Shown: positions 48,481 to 57,377 of the stretch, piece after piece
Layout: each line of letters starts with the position of its first letter
How positions within the stretch are numbered: the stretch's first letter is position 1
Assembly: GCA_963766735.1 (NCBI GenBank)
Contig: CAVYBU010000030.1
Location: 64,001-128,000 of the forward strand
Direction of reading: 5' to 3'
DNA: 64,000 nt
DNA from: an uncultured Chloroflexia bacterium
GTDB lineage: Bacteria; Chloroflexota; Limnocylindria; Limnocylindrales; CSP1-4
The notes under the pieces: model-generated
The model's input: only the letters and a program-made list of their open reading frames with translations
The model's database searches: none
Told to the model about the DNA's origin: nothing
Position numbers and translations under genes: made by a program

Positions 48481-49203
48481 TCAGGCCGGGTCGGGCTCCG
48501 TCAGCAGGTCCACGAGCACGTCCAGCTCCCGATCCGTGACGTCCTGGCCCCGGAGCAGGCTCCGCGCCCCGCCGTGCTCCGTGTCCAGGTGCTCCAGGGC
48601 GCTGGCGATGAACTCCGGCGGGCTGTCCACGATCAGGCTGCCGTGGCGCCAGTCGTCGAGCTCCATGTGGGCGACCGGCGAGGCGAAGAATGCGGCGGAC
48701 ATCGCGTAGTCCTCCACGATGATGTCTCGCGGCACGCCGCACAGGTCCAGGAGGAGCGCGATGCTCACGCCGGTCCGGTCCTTGCCAGCCGCGCAGCCGA
48801 TCACGGCCGGGAGGCCCTCGTCCGCAAGCATGGCGCGGACAACCTGGGCGAGCTGAGGGGCGCGGGCGTCGAGCACGTGGCGGTACATCCCGGCCAGGCC
48901 TGCGTGCGGCGTGGGATCGTCGGCGAGGAGCGGGATGCTCGTGTAACGCACGATCGGTGAGCCCACGAAGGCATTCGGCGATATGACCAGCTCCTCTGGC
49001 CAGCGGAGATCGATGACCTGGCGGAGGCCGAGGTCCACGAGAGCGTCGTACGTCCGGTCCGGGAGCCGGGTCAGCTCGTCCGACCGCAGGAGCGTGCGCC
49101 AGCGCATCCGCCGGCCGTCGGCGGCCGGGTAGCCACCGACATCGCGGACATTGCGGGTGCCATCGAGGGGGAGGTGTCGGGCGGGATCGGTGAGGTTCGT
49201 CAT
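48481..49203 (-). CDS. Tyrosine-protein phosphatase (Y_phosphatase3 family)
   Basis: NVRDVGGY, VIDLR, CAAGKDRTG P-loop, EDYAMS. Confidence 0.92.
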   Translation of the reverse strand: MTNLTDPARHLPLDGTRNVRDVGGYPAADGRRMRWRTLLRSDELTRLPDRTYDALVDLGLRQVIDLRWPEELVISPNAFVGSPIVRYTSIPLLADDPTPHAGLAGMYRHVLDARAPQLAQVVRAMLADEGLPAVIGCAAGKDRTGVSIALLLDLCGVPRDIIVEDYAMSAAFFASPVAHMELDDWRHGSLIVDSPPEFIASALEHLDTEHGGARSLLRGQDVTDRELDVLVDLLTEPDPA

Positions 49204-49507
49204 CGGGGCAAGGGTATCCCGGAGAGCCTTCGGGGAGCCGCCTGGCAAGTGAACGTGCCGGTCCGCCGACGCGGACCAACCATACCGACCGGTACGGCCC
49301 AACTCGCCGCCAATGCCGCCCGGGGGGTGGGTACTAGTCCGTTTGGTGGATCGACGACCCGCCCGGCAGAGGCGTACGGTCTGGGCATCGAACGGACCGC
49401 CAACATTCGGACCCATTCGGGCGGCGCGTCTTCCCTCCGGCGGGATGCCGGGCGGCGGCGGAGCCCGAAACCTTGTCCTCCAAGGCGGTCCGTTCTCGAT
49501 TCCCCGT

Positions 49508-49717
49508 TCAGGCTCCGTTCCGGCGGGTCCATGCCCCGTACAGCATTGCGCCGCCCAGGGCGATCACGAGCAGCGGCCAGATCTGGTCCCAGTTGAGGTC
49601 CGGGATGTCCAGGCCGAGCGTCGTCTGGAGCAGGTAGTAGATCCCGACGATCAGCAGGATCACGCCGAAGATCAGGCTGCCGGCATCGCGTCTGCGGTGT
49701 ACGCCACGGCCGTCCAT
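49508..49717 (-). CDS. Small two-TM DUF5668/LiaF-like protein
   Basis: GGAGG RBS; LIFGVILLIVGIYYLL..WDQIWPLLVIALG. Confidence 0.8.
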   Translation of the reverse strand: MDGRGVHRRRDAGSLIFGVILLIVGIYYLLQTTLGLDIPDLNWDQIWPLLVIALGGAMLYGAWTRRNGA

Positions 49718-49911
49718 GGACACCTCCCGCCGCGAGCCGGCGATCCCCGCCCCGAACAGCTTCGGTGTGCGCGGGCGCGATCCACCACGACTGATCACGC
49801 CTGGCGTTCTCTCGCCGCTCCGGCAACGCCCGAAGTCTCGGATCGGGCGCGCCTCGCGACCAGAGCCGACCGGTGTCCCGAAGGGGGCCGGATCGCACTG
49901 CTCCGTCCCAG

Positions 49912-50361
49912 CTAGCGCGGGGGATTGCCCTCGAACGCCCGTTTCGCCCCCGCTGCCGAATCCCGCACGGTCCACCACACCGGGATCGCCACCAGCGCCT
50001 CGTGCAACCACCCGAACGGTCCCCAAAACCCGGATCGCAGCTCCGTCGCCTGGTGGACCAGCGTCCCGGATCCACGAGCCTCGAAGCGCAGCACGAGGCG
50101 GACCTCCAGGCCCAGGACGATCGCTTCGTGCACCTGCAGCGATTGCCGCCGGTACTCCACGATCTCCCACTGTTGCGTGGTCGGCAGCCCGGCCAGCCGG
50201 CCCCGTTCCCGGTAGACCGTGCCAACCCGGGACGGCCCGGAGACATAGACGATCTCCCGCACGTGCGGCACCCAGCGGGGCAACCCCGGGATGTCGTCGT
50301 ACAGGTTCCAGACCTCGTCGCGCGAGGCGCCCACGAGCGCCTCGGCCTCCACGTGCCGCAT
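49912..50361 (-). CDS. SRPBCC family protein
   Basis: ASRDEVW..DIPGLPRWVP, C-terminal AKRAFE. Confidence 0.8.
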   Translation of the reverse strand: MRHVEAEALVGASRDEVWNLYDDIPGLPRWVPHVREIVYVSGPSRVGTVYRERGRLAGLPTTQQWEIVEYRRQSLQVHEAIVLGLEVRLVLRFEARGSGTLVHQATELRSGFWGPFGWLHEALVAIPVWWTVRDSAAGAKRAFEGNPPR

Positions 50362-50833
50362 CGGGACCAGTATCCCGCGCTCGGCGCCGGCTGGGAACCC
50401 CGATCGGATTCAGACTGGCGCTCTGGGGTGAGGACCCGCGCCGGTACTCCACGACGACGCGCCGCTTCATCGGCCGCGACGAGCACGTGACCGGGCTCGA
50501 GATCCCGCACATCACGCAACGTTGTCCTGCGGCATCTGGAGCCGGCCACCGCGGGTCGCCACGCAGCACAAGTCGCCGCGACTCGGCTATGTGTCGCAAA
50601 CGCCGTTGCCAGGCGTGACTCGCGCCCCGAACCCGAGGTTCGGCCGTCGAGCCGAGCGTCAGAACCCCGCTGCTGACACATGCTCGAGTCGCAGGTGCCC
50701 ACAAGCCGGGGCTCGACCGCATCGGACGGTGGCGGATCGGCCGCTTCCGGTGAGCTGCGCAGGACGAGGTTGTCATCGGCCGTCCGGGGCATCCTCGCCG
50801 GGCGGGTTTGCGGATCGGGGCTACCCTCTAGGC

Positions 50834-53164
50834 GTGAACGAAGAGAACCCCGAGCCCGCCGAGGCTCCCGAATCTACCCCCGACCCGACCCCCGCCGACC
50901 CGGCGCCCGAGCCTGAACCCGCACAGGCGCTCGAGCCCGCACAGGCGCTCGAGCCCGCTCTCGATTCCGCGCCCGAGCCCGCTCAGGCGCTCGAGCCCGA
51001 CCCGGCGCCCGAGCCCGAACCCGCACAGGCGCCCGAGCCCGAACCCGCGCAGGACCCCGCCGACCCGGAACCCGAGCCCGACCCCGTCGGTTTCGCCGCC
51101 CTGGACCTGGACGAACGGCTGCTGCGCACCCTCACCGGCCTCGGCTACGAGGAGCCCACGCCCGTGCAGGAGGTGGCGATCCCGCCCTTGCTCGCCGGCC
51201 GCGACCTGCTCGCCGAGGCGCCGACCGGCACCGGCAAGACCGCTGCGTTCGCCCTGCCGATCCTCCAGCACCTCGCCCGCCGCATGGACGAGGCCCGCGC
51301 GGCCGGCCGCCCCGTCGACGGCCGCGGCGTTCCCCGCGACGGCCGCGGCAGCCGCCCGTCATCGCTCGTGCTCGCGCCCACGCGGGAGCTCGCGATGCAG
51401 GTTGCCGAGGCCATCCACCGCTACGGTCGAGACCTCGGCGTGCGCGTGATCCCCATCTATGGGGGCCAGCCGATCACCACGCAGCTCGCCCGCCTCGCCC
51501 GCGGCGTGGACGTCGTCGTGGCCACCCCCGGTCGGGCCGTGGACCACCTCGACCGCGGCACGCTCCGCTTCGACGAGGTCCAGACCGTCGTCCTGGACGA
51601 AGCAGACGAGATGCTCGACATGGGCTTCGCGGACGACCTGGACAAGATCCTGGGCGCCCTGAGGAAGGATCGCCAGACCGCGCTCTTCTCCGCGACGATC
51701 GCGGGGCAGATCGCCCGCCTCGCCGAGAGGCACCTCAACGACCCCGTCCGCGTCCGCGTCCACGAGACGCCCCAGGCAAAGGGCGAGGACGCCCGCGTTC
51801 GCCAGGTGGCGTACGTCGTGCGGCGCGCCGACAAGCTCGCCGCGCTGGGCCGCATCCTGGACCTGGAGGACGGCGCCGCGACCCTCGTGTTCGCCCGGAC
51901 CCGGGGCGAGGTTGACGACCTGGCCGAGGCACTCTCCGGCCGCGGCCGGGACGCGGCGGCGCTCCACGGCGGCCTCTCGCAGGAGCAGCGCGACCGGATC
52001 ATGGGCCGCTTCCGCGATGGCGCGCTGGACGTGCTCGTCGCGACCGACGTTGCCGCACGCGGGCTCGACATCGGCCACATCAGCCACGTCGTCAACTACG
52101 ACGTCCCGTCCTCGACCGACGTCTACGTCCACCGGATCGGCCGGACCGGGCGCGCCGGGCGCGAGGGCGTGGCGATCACCCTGGTCGAGCCGCGCGAGCA
52201 CCGGCTGCTGCGCGACATCGAGCGGGCGATGGGCCAGCCGCTGGAGATCGCCGGCCTGCCGACCATCTCCGACGTGCGCGAGCACCGCATGGATGCCCTC
52301 CGCGCACAGCTGCGCGAGGCCCTCGTCGCCGCTGACTTCGACCGGTACCGCGCAGTCGTCGAACCCCTGTCCGGCGAGTTCGACCTCGTTGATATCGCGC
52401 TCGCGGCCATCAGCCAGGCCGATGCCGAGGGGCGCGGCGCGGAGGACACCGCCGAGCTGGCGCAGGCGACCCTACCCTCGTTCGATCGGCCGGGCGCACG
52501 CGGGCCGGCAAGGCGGCCGTTCAACCAGGACCGGGGATACGGCCAGGATCGCCAGGGTCCCCGCGGGCCGTACAACGCGCCGCCGCGGTACCCGCAGCAG
52601 GGCCAGTACCCCCAGCAGGGGCACCAGCAGCAGCCGAACCGCGATCCGCGCTTCCGCCCGGGTCCTCCCGGCCCCGGCCTCGGCGCCCCGCCCCCATTCG
52701 GGGCTGACCAGGGCCAGTATCCGCAGCAGGGCCAATTCCAGGGCCAGGATCAGCAGGTCCAGCAGCGCCCGGGCCAGGGGCGCCAGTACGAGCCGCGCCC
52801 CGGTCAGGATCGTCCCATGCGTCCCGGCGAGCACGCAGGACCCCGCCGTGGGTTCCGCCTCTCCGGCTGGCACGATCCGGAGGGCCGCCCCGTGATGAGG
52901 GCACCCAACATTGGCTCGGGTGGCGGTGGTATCACCCGGCTGTTCGTGGGTGCGGGTCGAGCGGCGGGCATGCGCCCGGGCGACCTCGTCGGCGCGATCA
53001 CCAACGAAGCCGGCCTGCGCGGCGGTGACATCGGCGCGATCCAGATCGCCGACGGGTTCTCGCTCGTGGAGGTCCCGGAGGACGCCGCGGACCACGTGAT
53101 CCGTGCCTTGCGCGCGGCCACGATCAAGGGCCAGAAGGTGAACGTCCGCCGGGAGCGCTTCTAG
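50834..53164 (+). CDS. deaD: DEAD-box RNA helicase (DeaD/CsdA-like) with a C-terminal DbpA RNA-binding domain
   Basis: APTGTGKT, PTRELA, DEAD, SAT, HRIGRTGR; C-terminal RLFVGAG..RPGDLVGAI..IGAIQI. Confidence 0.9.
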   Translation: MNEENPEPAEAPESTPDPTPADPAPEPEPAQALEPAQALEPALDSAPEPAQALEPDPAPEPEPAQAPEPEPAQDPADPEPEPDPVGFAALDLDERLLRTLTGLGYEEPTPVQEVAIPPLLAGRDLLAEAPTGTGKTAAFALPILQHLARRMDEARAAGRPVDGRGVPRDGRGSRPSSLVLAPTRELAMQVAEAIHRYGRDLGVRVIPIYGGQPITTQLARLARGVDVVVATPGRAVDHLDRGTLRFDEVQTVVLDEADEMLDMGFADDLDKILGALRKDRQTALFSATIAGQIARLAERHLNDPVRVRVHETPQAKGEDARVRQVAYVVRRADKLAALGRILDLEDGAATLVFARTRGEVDDLAEALSGRGRDAAALHGGLSQEQRDRIMGRFRDGALDVLVATDVAARGLDIGHISHVVNYDVPSSTDVYVHRIGRTGRAGREGVAITLVEPREHRLLRDIERAMGQPLEIAGLPTISDVREHRMDALRAQLREALVAADFDRYRAVVEPLSGEFDLVDIALAAISQADAEGRGAEDTAELAQATLPSFDRPGARGPARRPFNQDRGYGQDRQGPRGPYNAPPRYPQQGQYPQQGHQQQPNRDPRFRPGPPGPGLGAPPPFGADQGQYPQQGQFQGQDQQVQQRPGQGRQYEPRPGQDRPMRPGEHAGPRRGFRLSGWHDPEGRPVMRAPNIGSGGGGITRLFVGAGRAAGMRPGDLVGAITNEAGLRGGDIGAIQIADGFSLVEVPEDAADHVIRALRAATIKGQKVNVRRERF
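50890..51085 (+). repeat. Coding tandem repeats (EPAQAL / PEPEPAQ units) in the helicase N-terminus
   Basis: Repeated gagcccgcacaggcgctc and cccgagcccgaacccgc units. Confidence 0.8.
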
Positions 53165-53182
53165 GCATCCCGCCCGGCCAAC

Positions 53183-54028
53183 CTAGGTCGCGCCGCCGCT
53201 CTGGTCGCGCAGGAACCGCTCGATCTCGGTGATCAGATCGTCGCCCTCCGGCTGGCGTGACTCGTCCACCATCGCCTCGAGGCGGACCACGTAGGCCTGT
53301 GTCGTCTCGTCGGCGGCCGTGGCCGAGTCCAGCCGCACAAGCAGGGCACGCGCCTCCTCCGACAGGTCGCCACGCGGTAGCTCCAGGTCCAGGTGCCGCT
53401 CGACCGCTCGCAACAGCGCCACCGCGGCCGTGGCGTAGGGCCCGCTGACGTAGTGGGGGATCTGCGCGAAGTACCCGACCGCCGGAATGCCGCCCGCCGC
53501 CGCGGCCATCTCGAGCATCGAGAGCGCCGCCGCAGGCACCTTGAGCAGCCCGGTGGGACCCGCCTCCACCCCGCCGCGCAGCAGGCCGGGGCTCGACTCG
53601 GTTCCGAGGATCGGAACCGATCGCGTGTGGGGGACCGCGGCCGGGATGGCGCCCAGGCTGATCCAGCCACTGACGTCGAGGCGGCCGAGCAGCTCCACGA
53701 TCGCGTCGGCCAGCGCGTGCCAGCGGTCGTCGGGTTCGGAGCCGGTGAGCGTGAGCAGATCGCGTTCGCCGAACCGGGCGTAGCGGAGGACCAGCTCCGG
53801 CCAGGCGAGGGACGCGGGCCGGCCGTCACGGATCTCCAGCGTGGGCCGGCGGGAGCGGTAGTCGAACAGCTGGTCGGGGTCGAAGGTGGCGATGGTCGTC
53901 GCCCGGTGCACCAGCGTGGCGACCGCGCTGGTCGCGGCGGATCCCGCGTCCACCCACCCGTCCATGGCGACGACGACGACGGGATCGTCCAGGGGCGGCA
54001 GCGGGCCTTCGAGTCGATAGAGGGACAT
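53183..54028 (-). CDS. PAC2 (proteasome assembly chaperone-like) family protein
   Basis: GWVDAG.AA, FDYRSRRP, G.EPD.RW, VPHTR, IPHYV. Confidence 0.9.
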   Translation of the reverse strand: MSLYRLEGPLPPLDDPVVVVAMDGWVDAGSAATSAVATLVHRATTIATFDPDQLFDYRSRRPTLEIRDGRPASLAWPELVLRYARFGERDLLTLTGSEPDDRWHALADAIVELLGRLDVSGWISLGAIPAAVPHTRSVPILGTESSPGLLRGGVEAGPTGLLKVPAAALSMLEMAAAAGGIPAVGYFAQIPHYVSGPYATAAVALLRAVERHLDLELPRGDLSEEARALLVRLDSATAADETTQAYVVRLEAMVDESRQPEGDDLITEIERFLRDQSGGAT

Positions 54029-54149
54029 GTGCACAGGATACGGTCCCTGCGTCGCGAGGTCTGGACCGCCTGTCTGCGCCTGTCGGCCGATCCGGGCTAC
54101 TCCCGCGCCATCGCGGTTGGGCGGCGTCGGCCGGGAAGGCTCGTGGCCC

Positions 54150-54809
54150 TCAGGCCCGGCCCCGTTCCCTCCGTTCCGCCCGCACCGAGAGGTAGTGGTG
54201 CCACAGGATCCGGGCGGCGACGGCGCGCCACGGCCGCCATTCCTCGGCCAGCGCCAGCATCTCGCCCGCGGCGGGCCGCCGGTCAAGCCCGCGCACCTCC
54301 GCGATGGCCTGGGCGAGGGCGATATCGTGGATCGGCCACGCGTCCGGTCGCAGCAGCACCATGAGCCTGTAGATGGTCGCGGTCCACGGCCCGATCCCCG
54401 GGACGGCCGTGAGGGCGGCGTCGACCGCGTCGTCATCCATCGCCGGCAACGCGTCCACATCCAGCGATCCATCGAGCATCGCCGCCGCGAGCGCCCGCGA
54501 ATACCTGGCCTTCTGGCGGCTGAACCCGATCGCGAGCAGCTGGGCGTCGTCCAGGTGCAGGAGGCCGGAGGGGGTCAGCGGATGGACGACCGCCTGCAAC
54601 CGCTGGAAGGCGGCCAGCGCCGAGGCGAGTGAGACCTGCTGTTCGAGGACCAGGTGCACGAGCGTCGGGAAGCCCGGCTCGCGGGCCCACATGGGCGGCA
54701 CCCCATAGCGGGCGACGATCCCACCCAGGTCCGGGTCGCGCGTGCTCAGCTCCTCGACCGCGGCCGCGAGCGTGGAGTCCGTGAGACCGGTCGGTGCCCG
54801 GACGCGCAT
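54150..54809 (-). CDS. alkA: DNA-3-methyladenine glycosylase II (AlkA-like)
   Basis: LEQQVSL, GFSRQKARY, VPGIGPWTA, PIHDIA, WRPWR. Confidence 0.88.
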   Translation of the reverse strand: MRVRAPTGLTDSTLAAAVEELSTRDPDLGGIVARYGVPPMWAREPGFPTLVHLVLEQQVSLASALAAFQRLQAVVHPLTPSGLLHLDDAQLLAIGFSRQKARYSRALAAAMLDGSLDVDALPAMDDDAVDAALTAVPGIGPWTATIYRLMVLLRPDAWPIHDIALAQAIAEVRGLDRRPAAGEMLALAEEWRPWRAVAARILWHHYLSVRAERRERGRA

Positions 54810-54845
54810 CCCCAGATCATCGCCGACCCGACGTCCGCGCGGACC

Positions 54846-55928
54846 TCAGGAAGCCCTGCCCGCCCCCGACTCCCGTCCGGCCGCGAGGAAGGCGGCGACG
54901 TTGGCCCACGGGATGTCGGGCTCATCGATGTCGTACGCGGGGCAGAGGACGAGACCGGCAGGTCCCAGCGTCTCGATCCGCTCGCGCACCTCGCGCCGGA
55001 TCTCAGCCGGTGACGCGAACGAGAACGTGGTCTGGCGACCGACCGTCCCCCACAGGGCGAGCTGCGGGCCGTAGCGGCGCCGGATCCGGATCGCATCCAT
55101 GTGCTCGGCCTGCAGCGGGTTGATCCCGTTGACGCCGATCTCGACGAGGTCGTCCAGGATCGGCTCGAAATAGCCGTCGCTGTGGTAGATGACGCGCAGT
55201 GCGGGCGCGGTCTCCCGAGCGGCCTCGATGATCTCCGCCAGGCGCGGCCGGAAGAACTCGCGCCAGGTCGCCGGGCCGATCATCATCGTGCCTGGCATGC
55301 CCACGTCGTCGTCGAGGGCAAGGACGTCGATGCCGGCGCCCGCGAGCGCGACGGCGTTGCGCCGTGCGAGCTCGGCGAGGCGGTCCAGCAGGAAGTGCGC
55401 CATCTCCTTCCGTTCGACGAGATCGAGCAGGAACTGCTCAAGCCCCCGCAGGCGCCACGCCGCCTCAAATAGCTCGCCGCCGAGATGGGGCGTGTTGCCA
55501 CCGGCGGCGAGGCCGAGCGCGTGGAGGTCCGCGACCTGGGCGGCGAGCCCGTCCGCGACGTAGGGTCCGTCCACGGCCGGGAACGGGAAGCGTTCGAGAT
55601 CGTCCAGGGAACGCGCAGCCTCCAGCGGGTTGCCGCCCGGCGCCTGCTCCGGGTGGTATCCCCAGCTGGCGTAGCGCGCCGCCTGGGAGACGCTGCCGAT
55701 GCGCGTGTTGCCATCGAAGGGCATCGCCAGGCGCCTCAGCTCCGCTTCCTCCGGCGAAACGGGGAACGCGACGAAGGCAACGTCCACCAGGTCGTCCTGC
55801 CACGCGCCGGGCGGCGCCAGGGCCCGGCCGTCGACCTCGTAGAAGCTGAGGGCGAGCGGGATCCGGTCCGGGATCCGGCCGTCGAGCGCGGCGAGGACCC
55901 GCGCCCTCCCGTCCTCCACGGCCGTCAC
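54846..55928 (-). CDS. Uroporphyrinogen decarboxylase (URO-D) family protein
   Basis: DRIP, FEAAWRLRGLE, DDVG, YHSDG, NPLQ, WGTVG.Q, IPWANV. Confidence 0.87.
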   Translation of the reverse strand: MTAVEDGRARVLAALDGRIPDRIPLALSFYEVDGRALAPPGAWQDDLVDVAFVAFPVSPEEAELRRLAMPFDGNTRIGSVSQAARYASWGYHPEQAPGGNPLEAARSLDDLERFPFPAVDGPYVADGLAAQVADLHALGLAAGGNTPHLGGELFEAAWRLRGLEQFLLDLVERKEMAHFLLDRLAELARRNAVALAGAGIDVLALDDDVGMPGTMMIGPATWREFFRPRLAEIIEAARETAPALRVIYHSDGYFEPILDDLVEIGVNGINPLQAEHMDAIRIRRRYGPQLALWGTVGRQTTFSFASPAEIRREVRERIETLGPAGLVLCPAYDIDEPDIPWANVAAFLAAGRESGAGRAS

Positions 55929-55937
55929 CGACTCGTC

Positions 55938-57377
55938 CTACAGGACCGAGGAGGGACCGTCGATGACGGCGTCCGTGACCATCCGCCTCAGCACTCGCGC
56001 CGTGGCCGAGCGCCGGTATGCGGCCGTCGAGCGAAGGCCATCACGTGGGTGAATGTCCAGGAGGATGGCCTCGGCAGCACGGGCGGCCACGTCGGTGCCC
56101 GGGACCGCACCCTCCAGGACAGCCTCGGCGCTGGGCGCCCGGATCGGCACTTCGGTGATCGTGCCGACCGCGACGCGGACGTCATGCCAGGCCAACGACC
56201 CGGGATCCTGCCGCCACGCCACCGCGAGCGCGACCTTGGCGAGCGCGAGGGCCCGACGGGTGCCGATCTTGCGGTAGCGCAGCTGCCGACCGGCCCCCAG
56301 CGGGAACTCCATCCGGAGCAGCAGCTCGCCCGGCCGGAGCGCCGTCCGCCGGTAGCCGATGAAGAACGACGCCGCCGGGATCTCCCGCTCGCCGTCCGGT
56401 CCGCCGGCGACCAGGACGGCTTCCGCGGCCAGCACCAGCGGCAGGCTGTCGCCCGCCGGCGAGGCGTTCACCACGTTGCCACCCAGGGTCGCCATGTTCT
56501 GGAGCTGTGTTGCCCCGAACGCGGACGCCATCTGCGCCAGCGCCGGGAGGTGGGCCCGGACAAGCTCCGACCCGCGCAGGTCGGCATAGGTTGCCGTCGC
56601 GCCGACCACGAGCCGGTCGCCCTCGATCCTGATCCCGCGGAGCTCCTCGATCCCGGTCAGGTCGAGCAGCGCCTTGTCGGCCGCCGAGGCGTCGCCCGCG
56701 AGCTCGACCATGACGTCGGTTCCGCCGGCGATCGGTCGCCAGGGGCCCGTTGCGAGGAGCGCATACGCGTCGGTGAGCGTCGTCGGGCGCACGAAGACGG
56801 GCCCGGCCCGCACATCCGCCCCGGCTTCCACGTTGGCGCGGACCGCGGCGCCGCCGAGCTCGCCCGACACCTGCGGCAGCCCGCCCGGCACCTCGCGCGG
56901 CGCCATCGTGGCTGCGTTCGCGATCGCGTCGATGATCTTCATGTACCCGGTGCATCGGCAGAGGTTGCCGGCGATCACCTCGCGGATTGCGGCGTCCGTC
57001 GGTTCGGCGCCGGAGTCGAGGAATGCCCGCGCCGACATCAGGATGCCGGGGGTGCAGATGCCGCACTGCACGCCGCCGGAGTCCACGAAGGCAGCCTGGA
57101 TCGGGTCCAGCCGCCCGTCGCTGGCCAGCCCCTCGACCGTGCGGACTTCGCGGCCCTCCACCTGGCCCATCGGGACCAGGCAGCTGACCACCGGGGTCCC
57201 GTCCACCAGGACCGTGCAGGCGCCGCACTCGCCCTCCCCGCAGCCCTCCTTGGTGCCGGTGAGACCGAGCTCGATGCGCAGGGCATCCAGCAGGCGCAGC
57301 CCGCCGGGTCCGGCGACCTCGACCGGGTTGCCATTGACCGTGAAGCGGGTTGTCCGGGCAGGCGCGGCGGTCGTCAT
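55938..57377 (-). CDS. Xanthine dehydrogenase-family fused 2Fe-2S + FAD-binding subunit
   Basis: GCGEGECGAC, QCGICTPG, NLCRCTGY, then AGGTD, ATLGGN..NASPAGD. Confidence 0.92.
   Translation of the reverse strand: MTTAAPARTTRFTVNGNPVEVAGPGGLRLLDALRIELGLTGTKEGCGEGECGACTVLVDGTPVVSCLVPMGQVEGREVRTVEGLASDGRLDPIQAAFVDSGGVQCGICTPGILMSARAFLDSGAEPTDAAIREVIAGNLCRCTGYMKIIDAIANAATMAPREVPGGLPQVSGELGGAAVRANVEAGADVRAGPVFVRPTTLTDAYALLATGPWRPIAGGTDVMVELAGDASAADKALLDLTGIEELRGIRIEGDRLVVGATATYADLRGSELVRAHLPALAQMASAFGATQLQNMATLGGNVVNASPAGDSLPLVLAAEAVLVAGGPDGEREIPAASFFIGYRRTALRPGELLLRMEFPLGAGRQLRYRKIGTRRALALAKVALAVAWRQDPGSLAWHDVRVAVGTITEVPIRAPSAEAVLEGAVPGTDVAARAAEAILLDIHPRDGLRSTAAYRRSATARVLRRMVTDAVIDGPSSVL

Noticed and set aside
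54846-55928. True heme-pathway HemE
   Set aside because: It lacks the WxMRQAGR signature and has no hem gene context; it belongs to the broader URO-D family.
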